Source: a bacterium
GTDB lineage: Bacteria > Hinthialibacterota > Hinthialibacteria > Hinthialibacterales > Hinthialibacteraceae
Direction: 5' to 3'
Length of the DNA: 64,000 nucleotides
Assembly: GCA_963662285.2 (NCBI GenBank)
Contig: CAXXMV010000006.1
Coordinates: 352,001 to 416,000, forward strand
The notes under the pieces are model-generated. The model saw only the letters and a program-made list of their open reading frames with translations. It did not search any database and was not told where the DNA came from. This document shows, piece after piece, positions 58,620-64,000 of this stretch. The position numbers and the translations under genes are program-made. How positions within the stretch are numbered: position 1 is the first letter of the stretch; every line of letters begins with the position of its first letter.

Positions 58620-59555
58620 TTGAATATCTTAATCACCGGCTCGAGCGGACAAATCGGGACTAATTTAGGCCTCCGTCTATTAAAAGAAGGCCATTTCGTA
58701 CTTGGCGTAGATAAACGTGATAATACCTGGACCGATGATATCCCCATGAGAACGGTTGATTTAACCGGAGATTGCGTTGGACGTTTACTGGAACTGATCA
58801 AAGGTTACAACATCGAATTAATCGTCCACTTGGCCGCTCACGCCAAAGTTTTCGAACTAGTTTGCGAACCATCCCGCGCTTTAGAGAATGTGGAGATAAC
58901 CTTCAAAGTATGTGAAAGCGCCCGCATCGCCGGATTGCCCATCATCTTTGGCAGTTCGCGCGAAGTTTACGGCGATATCCAGCGTCATATCACAGATGAA
59001 TCCTGCGCCGACTTCGTTGTTGCAGAAAGCCCATATTCAGCCAGTAAAATTGCTGGAGAAGCATTCATATATTCTTTTTCACAATGCTACAAGTTGCCAT
59101 ACATCGTTTTCCGCTTCAGCAACGTATATGGCCGTTTCGACAATGACCTTGAACGGATGGAACGCGTAACGCCTCTATTCATCAAAAAGATATCTCAGGG
59201 GAAACCCATTGTAATTCATGGAAAAGATAAAATCCTAGATTTCACTTATATAGATGATTGCATTGAAGGGATTTCACTTGCCATCGAGAAATTATTGAGT
59301 CGTGAAGTGGTTAATCAGACTATCAACCTGGCTTGTGGTCAGGGAAGCAGTTTAGGCGAATTGGCTGAGCTGATCGGTAAAAGCACCGGAATGGAGCCAA
59401 ACATCACCTATACGCCATCCAATCCAGGTGAAGTGACGCGCTATATCGCCGATATTTCCAAAGCGCGTAAACTGTTAGGCTATTCACCTAAAACGCCGCT
59501 CTGCGAAGGTATTCCCAAGACAATTTCGTGGTCTAGAGAATACGATCAGCAATGA
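58620..59555 (+). CDS. NAD-dependent epimerase/dehydratase (extended SDR)
   Basis: ILITGSSGQIG, HLAA, YSASK, FRFSNVYG, DFTYIDD. TTG start with AAGGAG SD. Confidence 0.92.
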   Translation: MNILITGSSGQIGTNLGLRLLKEGHFVLGVDKRDNTWTDDIPMRTVDLTGDCVGRLLELIKGYNIELIVHLAAHAKVFELVCEPSRALENVEITFKVCESARIAGLPIIFGSSREVYGDIQRHITDESCADFVVAESPYSASKIAGEAFIYSFSQCYKLPYIVFRFSNVYGRFDNDLERMERVTPLFIKKISQGKPIVIHGKDKILDFTYIDDCIEGISLAIEKLLSREVVNQTINLACGQGSSLGELAELIGKSTGMEPNITYTPSNPGEVTRYIADISKARKLLGYSPKTPLCEGIPKTISWSREYDQQ

Positions 59556-60523
59556 TTAATTCCAATCCTCATGTTTCTATTCAATCCTGCGCGACGTACC
59601 AGGCTGAGTCTGTGCACAAAGCTTTGGCCGAAGCTCTGGACCCGCTGGATGGATTAGATAAATTCATTCAGCGCGGCGACCGCGTCTTAATCAAACCTAA
59701 CCTGCTTTTCGGGCGTCCAGCAGAACAAGCAATAACCACTCATCCTATAGTAATTGAAGCGATATGCCGCATGGCTTTGGATTGTGGCGCCAAAGTTCTT
59801 TTGGGCGATAGCCCCCCATTATCCAGCGCAGCGCGAACGGCCCAACGTTGCGGTATTGCAGATATTGTCAACCAGTTGGGAGTAGAAATCGTCGAGTTCA
59901 AATATCCAACTCATGATGGATGGAATGAGCAGGTTTATACCAGTGGAATCGCAACGCCTCCACTTAGTTCCGTTTTGCAGGAATTCGACCTGGTTATCAA
60001 TGTTCCCAAACTGAAAGCTCATCAACAATTGCTTATTACTGGCGCCGTTAAGAACTTATTTGGGTGCGTTGTCGGTAGAACCAAAGCCTATTGGCATTTC
60101 AAAAAGCGTAAAAGCGTAGAATCCTTCGCCGACATGCTGTTGGCCATTTATGAAAAAATCTCTCCAGGATTAACCATTGTTGACGCAATCATCGGTATGG
60201 AGGGTATGGGACCCGGTAATGGTTCTCCCAAACCAGTGGGATTAATCATAGCCAGCGAGAATGGCGTCGCCGTGGATGCGGTTATCACAGAAATACTTGC
60301 TATAAATTCCATCGATCATTTTGTTTTACGTATGGCTCAAAATATGGAAATTCCCGGCTCTAATATTGACTATATCAAAATATCAGGTTTACCTATCAAA
60401 GAAGCCAGACTGGATTCATTCGAATTACCTGAACTTGCTCCCATTGGTTTTTCAATTACTCATTTGATCAAAGGAATGGTCAAATATGCCAGAGAAAAGA
60501 TCATGCGGAGAAATAATAAATGA
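59552..60523 (+). CDS. DUF362 domain-containing protein
   Basis: GDRVLIKPNLL, TTHP, GDSP, INVPKLKAH..TGAVKNLFG, DAIIGMEGMGP..G. ATGA overlap with the epimerase. Confidence 0.88.
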   Translation: MINSNPHVSIQSCATYQAESVHKALAEALDPLDGLDKFIQRGDRVLIKPNLLFGRPAEQAITTHPIVIEAICRMALDCGAKVLLGDSPPLSSAARTAQRCGIADIVNQLGVEIVEFKYPTHDGWNEQVYTSGIATPPLSSVLQEFDLVINVPKLKAHQQLLITGAVKNLFGCVVGRTKAYWHFKKRKSVESFADMLLAIYEKISPGLTIVDAIIGMEGMGPGNGSPKPVGLIIASENGVAVDAVITEILAINSIDHFVLRMAQNMEIPGSNIDYIKISGLPIKEARLDSFELPELAPIGFSITHLIKGMVKYAREKIMRRNNK

Positions 60524-60644
60524 TTTTGTAAGATTATTATTTAGAGAGCTTTGCGTCCAAATGCTCTAGCAGCGTTCTACTTTTCTATAAAATCTGTAAT
60601 ATATAAATTCATATAACGAGATCGTTATTATTTCCCTATATTGA

Positions 60645-61604
60645 TTGGTAAGTGGAATGGAAGAAGGAACAATTCTTATAGTCGATGATGAGAAAATCAT
60701 CAGAGATCTTCTTTGCGCCATGCTCAAAGAAGCTGGTAATTATAAACTTCTAACTGCCATAAACGGTAAAGAAGCTCTAAAGATATGCATGGCTGATGAA
60801 AACATCGACCTGGTGTTCTCCGATTTACGCATGCCGGTTATGAGCGGCATGGAGTTGCTGGTCGAACTCCGCAAAAATCGCCCGGAAATCCCTGTAGTAA
60901 TCCTAACCGGGTATGGCAGGCGTGAAGACGTTATAGAAGCGTTACGCCTGGGCGCTTCAAACTTTCTGCTCAAACCGCAGGAAGTCGACATGGTATACAC
61001 AGTGGCCAGCAAAATTTTGCGTATGCGCCATCAGGAGAAAATGGAAAAAATGATTCTCGATTTTTTCGTTGAGGATCATCAAATGTTCTCTATACCTAAC
61101 GATTTGCATTACACTCTTCCCCTTATTGATCTTTTGACTGATAAAATTGCTATATTAGGAATCTGCAATAAAGCGGAATTGACCAATCTACGCTTTGCTT
61201 TAGATGAAGCGTTGGTCAATGCTGTAGTTCACGGCAATCTTGAAATTGAATCCAGCGCCAAAGGCGCCACTTTGGATGAGATGATGCGATTCAACCAACT
61301 GGTCAAAGAACGTAGTATAGAAGCCATTTATTCAGATAGAAGAGTTACTATTACCCGGCATCTAACCAATGATTTCGTGATTTTCAGTATCGAAGACCAA
61401 GGCAAAGGATTCGACTGGCGCACTTTGCCCAAGACGTTGGACGAGATGGAAATTTTATCTAATTACGGACGCGGGCTGTTTTTGATCCGGGCTTTTATGA
61501 CGAGAGTGGAATTCAATGATCAAGGAAACCGTATAACCCTGGTCAAAGAGAAAGCCGGTTCCGACGCCAATTCCAGTTTTATGGATATGCAAGCGCTTTC
61601 TTAA
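60645..61604 (+). CDS. Response regulator fused to an RsbW-like (HATPase_c_2) anti-sigma/Ser kinase domain
   Basis: ILIVDDE, SDLRMPVMSG, ILTGY, FLLKP. C-terminal EALVNAVVHGN, IEDQGKGFD, GRGLFLI, FNDQGN. The start may be the ATG a few codons later. Confidence 0.88.
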   Translation: MVSGMEEGTILIVDDEKIIRDLLCAMLKEAGNYKLLTAINGKEALKICMADENIDLVFSDLRMPVMSGMELLVELRKNRPEIPVVILTGYGRREDVIEALRLGASNFLLKPQEVDMVYTVASKILRMRHQEKMEKMILDFFVEDHQMFSIPNDLHYTLPLIDLLTDKIAILGICNKAELTNLRFALDEALVNAVVHGNLEIESSAKGATLDEMMRFNQLVKERSIEAIYSDRRVTITRHLTNDFVIFSIEDQGKGFDWRTLPKTLDEMEILSNYGRGLFLIRAFMTRVEFNDQGNRITLVKEKAGSDANSSFMDMQALS

Positions 61605-61851
61605 ATATTCGTTCACCTTGCATATTATGTCGATTAGACGCAATATAACCGCCAGTAATCCTCTTTTTGAACTTATCTCAATTATTATTGATAGAAATGA
61701 TATGCTTGGATAGGATAATATTCTCGTATATAATTTTTGTGCATTATGAGAGTTACTTATGAAAATATAAAACGTTTTTACCTATTAGCCCGGATTTATC
61801 AGGGTCTCGCTTGAATCAAGTTCGAGGATTCCAAACAATTTCGAGGGAATT

Positions 61852-62796
61852 ATGATTGTTGCGGAAAACATTAAAAAAACGTATGGCCGCGTAACTGCGA
61901 TCGAAGATGTTTCGTTCGAAGTCGCGGAAGGTGAAATTCTCGGTTTTCTGGGACCAAACGGCGCTGGTAAAACAACCACTATGCGCATTTTGACGGGATA
62001 TTCTCCCCCGTCAGCCGGTACAGCAACCGTGGCAGGATTCGATATTCGAGAGAATTCGCTCGAAGTGCGTCGGAATATCGGATATCTACCGGAAAACACG
62101 CCGCTCTATAATGATATGGATGTAGTGGGTTTTCTGGGATTCGTTGCGCACGTCAAGGGAATATCTTCCGGAGATCGTGCGGCGCAGATCCGTGAAGCCA
62201 TGTCTGAATCAGGCATTACCGATGTGGCCAGTCGCACCATCGGCAAATTGTCCAAAGGATACCGGCAGCGCGTTGGTCTTGCTCAAGCCCTAATTGGCAA
62301 CCCCAAGGTTCTGATCCTGGATGAACCGACAGTTGGTCTCGATCCCAACCAGATTCGTGATATTCGCGAATTGATCAAAAACATGGCTGGCAAGCGAACC
62401 GTAATTCTATCGACTCACATTCTGCCTGAAGTGAGCATGATTTGCGATAGAGTGCTCATTATCAACGAAGGCCGGATCGTGGCCGCCGATGCGGTGGGAG
62501 AACTTTCCCAACGGCTTTCCACGCAACTAAAGATTCGTTTAATGGTCAAAGCGCCCGCCAGTGACATCGCCCCTGCTTTGCAGGAACTCAGCGGCATCCA
62601 GAAGATCAATTGCACGGATATGCAGAGCGGAGTATGCCAGGTTATTCTGGATACTGAGCGCAGCAAAGACCTGCGTCCCGATCTGTCTAATAGAATCGTC
62701 GGCAAGGGCTGGGACTTATTGGAAATTCGATCAATGGACCCCACGCTGGAAGATATATTCATCGAAATTATCGCTGGTGAAAAGGAGGTGCACTAA
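61852..62796 (+). CDS. ABC transporter ATP-binding protein (GldA-like)
   Basis: GPNGAGKTT, LSKGYRQRVGLAQAL, ILDEPTVGLDPNQI, STHIL, TLEDIF. Confidence 0.93.
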   Translation: MIVAENIKKTYGRVTAIEDVSFEVAEGEILGFLGPNGAGKTTTMRILTGYSPPSAGTATVAGFDIRENSLEVRRNIGYLPENTPLYNDMDVVGFLGFVAHVKGISSGDRAAQIREAMSESGITDVASRTIGKLSKGYRQRVGLAQALIGNPKVLILDEPTVGLDPNQIRDIRELIKNMAGKRTVILSTHILPEVSMICDRVLIINEGRIVAADAVGELSQRLSTQLKIRLMVKAPASDIAPALQELSGIQKINCTDMQSGVCQVILDTERSKDLRPDLSNRIVGKGWDLLEIRSMDPTLEDIFIEIIAGEKEVH

Positions 62797-63590
62797 TGAG
62801 TAATATATGGGCCATTTACAAACGTGAGATGCGGTCCTACTTCTTCTCACCATTGGCATACGTTTTATATGTATTCTTTCTGTTCTTAACAGCGGTATTC
62901 TTTTATATGTATTTCTCCTCCTATGTGAAATGGAGTCAGGAATATATGCAGATGATGCAATTTCAACAAGGTTTCGGCTCTCAACCACTGCCCAACTATA
63001 CTCAGTTAGTGCTGCAAGGCATCACTAACGTCATGACCTTTATTCTGCTCTTTATCGCTCCCATGCTCTCTATGCGCATCATCGCGGAAGAGAAAAAACT
63101 GGGTACTATCGAATTGTTGTTCACCTATCCAATTAAAGATATTGAAATTCTATTGGGCAAGTATTTCTCAGCCATGACCGTTTATGTAGGAATGTTGGTA
63201 TTAACATTCGTTTATGTCCTGCTTTCCTTGAAAGTGGTTCCCGACCAAACCTACATACCAGCAGTTATGACTTCGTATCTGGGAGTCTTCCTGGTTGGAA
63301 GCGCTTTTATCTCATTCGGCATTTTTGCTTCTTCGCTGACTGATAACCAGGTTGTTGCGGGGCTTATAACCTTCGCTTCACTGCTGGTTCTGTGGATGAT
63401 TGGTTTTGTGGACGAAATCAATCCGGGCATACTGGGTGATATATGCAATAACATCTCGGTCTATGCGCATTTCGATGAATTCGGTAAAGGCGTTATCGAT
63501 ACAGGACACGCGGCGTTTTACGTCCTCTTCACTATATTCTTCCTGTTTTTCAGTTTACGCGTGTTGGAATCCAATCGATGGAGAGGGTAA
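62796..63590 (+). CDS. ABC-2 type permease (GldF-like)
   Basis: KREMRSYFFSPLAY, PMLSMRIIAEEKKLGTIELLFTYP, GIFASSLTDNQVVA, HFDEFGKGVID. Confidence 0.92.
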   Translation: MSNIWAIYKREMRSYFFSPLAYVLYVFFLFLTAVFFYMYFSSYVKWSQEYMQMMQFQQGFGSQPLPNYTQLVLQGITNVMTFILLFIAPMLSMRIIAEEKKLGTIELLFTYPIKDIEILLGKYFSAMTVYVGMLVLTFVYVLLSLKVVPDQTYIPAVMTSYLGVFLVGSAFISFGIFASSLTDNQVVAGLITFASLLVLWMIGFVDEINPGILGDICNNISVYAHFDEFGKGVIDTGHAAFYVLFTIFFLFFSLRVLESNRWRG

Positions 63591-63592
63591 TC

Positions 63593-64000
63593 ATGCACTC
63601 AAAATTCACACCACTTGGTTTTTTAGGTTTAATTTTAATAGCAATCGGTCTTTTGGTTTGGGCTATTGTAACTGAACTGGCGCCCTATTCGGTCACTCCA
63701 CTGGTATTGGGCGGCTGCCTGGTTCTGGCCTACGTCCTGATGAATATCGGATACCTGACCCAAAAGCTCACCAAACGAACTGCCGTTGCAGGCGCGAATA
63801 TGGCGGTTAGCATTATCATTGTGTTGGCTATCATCGTCTTTCTGCAGATGATTCTCGCCAAACACAGCATGCGCTTCGACATGACTGAATCCAAAAAATT
63901 CAGTTTAGCGACCCAGACGATACAGTTATTGAAAGGTTTAGAGGATGAGTTTACTTTTCAGTACCTCAGCAATCCATCATCTCCCACAGCTGCCGGTGAA
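63593..64000 (+). CDS. GldG-like ABC auxiliary protein, 5' fragment (runs off the window)
   Basis: ATG 2 nt after the permease stop. Three hydrophobic helices, then RFDMTESKKFSLATQTIQLLKGL, the GldG-type 'RxDxT..xxxSL..T..L' motif. Confidence 0.85.
   Translation, partial: MHSKFTPLGFLGLILIAIGLLVWAIVTELAPYSVTPLVLGGCLVLAYVLMNIGYLTQKLTKRTAVAGANMAVSIIIVLAIIVFLQMILAKHSMRFDMTESKKFSLATQTIQLLKGLEDEFTFQYLSNPSSPTAAGE

Noticed and set aside
620-63865. Numerous short ORFs from the six-frame track overlapping long genes
   Set aside because: Antisense or out-of-frame shadows of well-supported CDSs, with no recognisable motifs or SD sites.
1-64000. CRISPR arrays, cas genes, rRNA, toxin-antitoxin or anti-phage defence genes
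   Set aside because: No regularly spaced direct repeats or recognisable motifs for these were found.

Overview
Bacterial chromosomal window, gene-dense and mostly on the + strand. No rRNA, CRISPR array, integrase or phage genes were seen. From left to right: (1) the 5' end of a probable crcB/Fluc gene; (2) a 1967-aa secreted CotH-kinase/lamin-tail/PA14 protein; (3) tRNA-Gly(TCC) followed by decayed kinase and receiver fragments; (4) a FapA(DUF342)/TPR operon running into a large two-component cluster, whose last kinase is split by an intact ISAzo13-family IS with a TTA target duplication; (5) a ~10.7-kb operon of three giant, uncharacterised secreted proteins; (6) a BNR/LamG sialidase-like protein; (7) a TetR-RND efflux operon with a consensus promoter and a double operator; (8) a Tat-type aldo/keto reductase, two paralogous DxDxDG-rich proteins, a heparinase II/III-like lyase, a tandem esterase and a GH89; (9) an epimerase, DUF362, a REC-anti-sigma kinase fusion and a GldAFG-like ABC transporter. 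The best candidates for undescribed biology are the three-gene giant exoprotein operon and a short C-terminal motif (T-x-[VI]-x-[SN]-W-[MF]-[IL]-Y) shared by two unrelated large exoproteins, which may be a protein-sorting signal. Domain calls come from motif recognition by eye; no database search was run.
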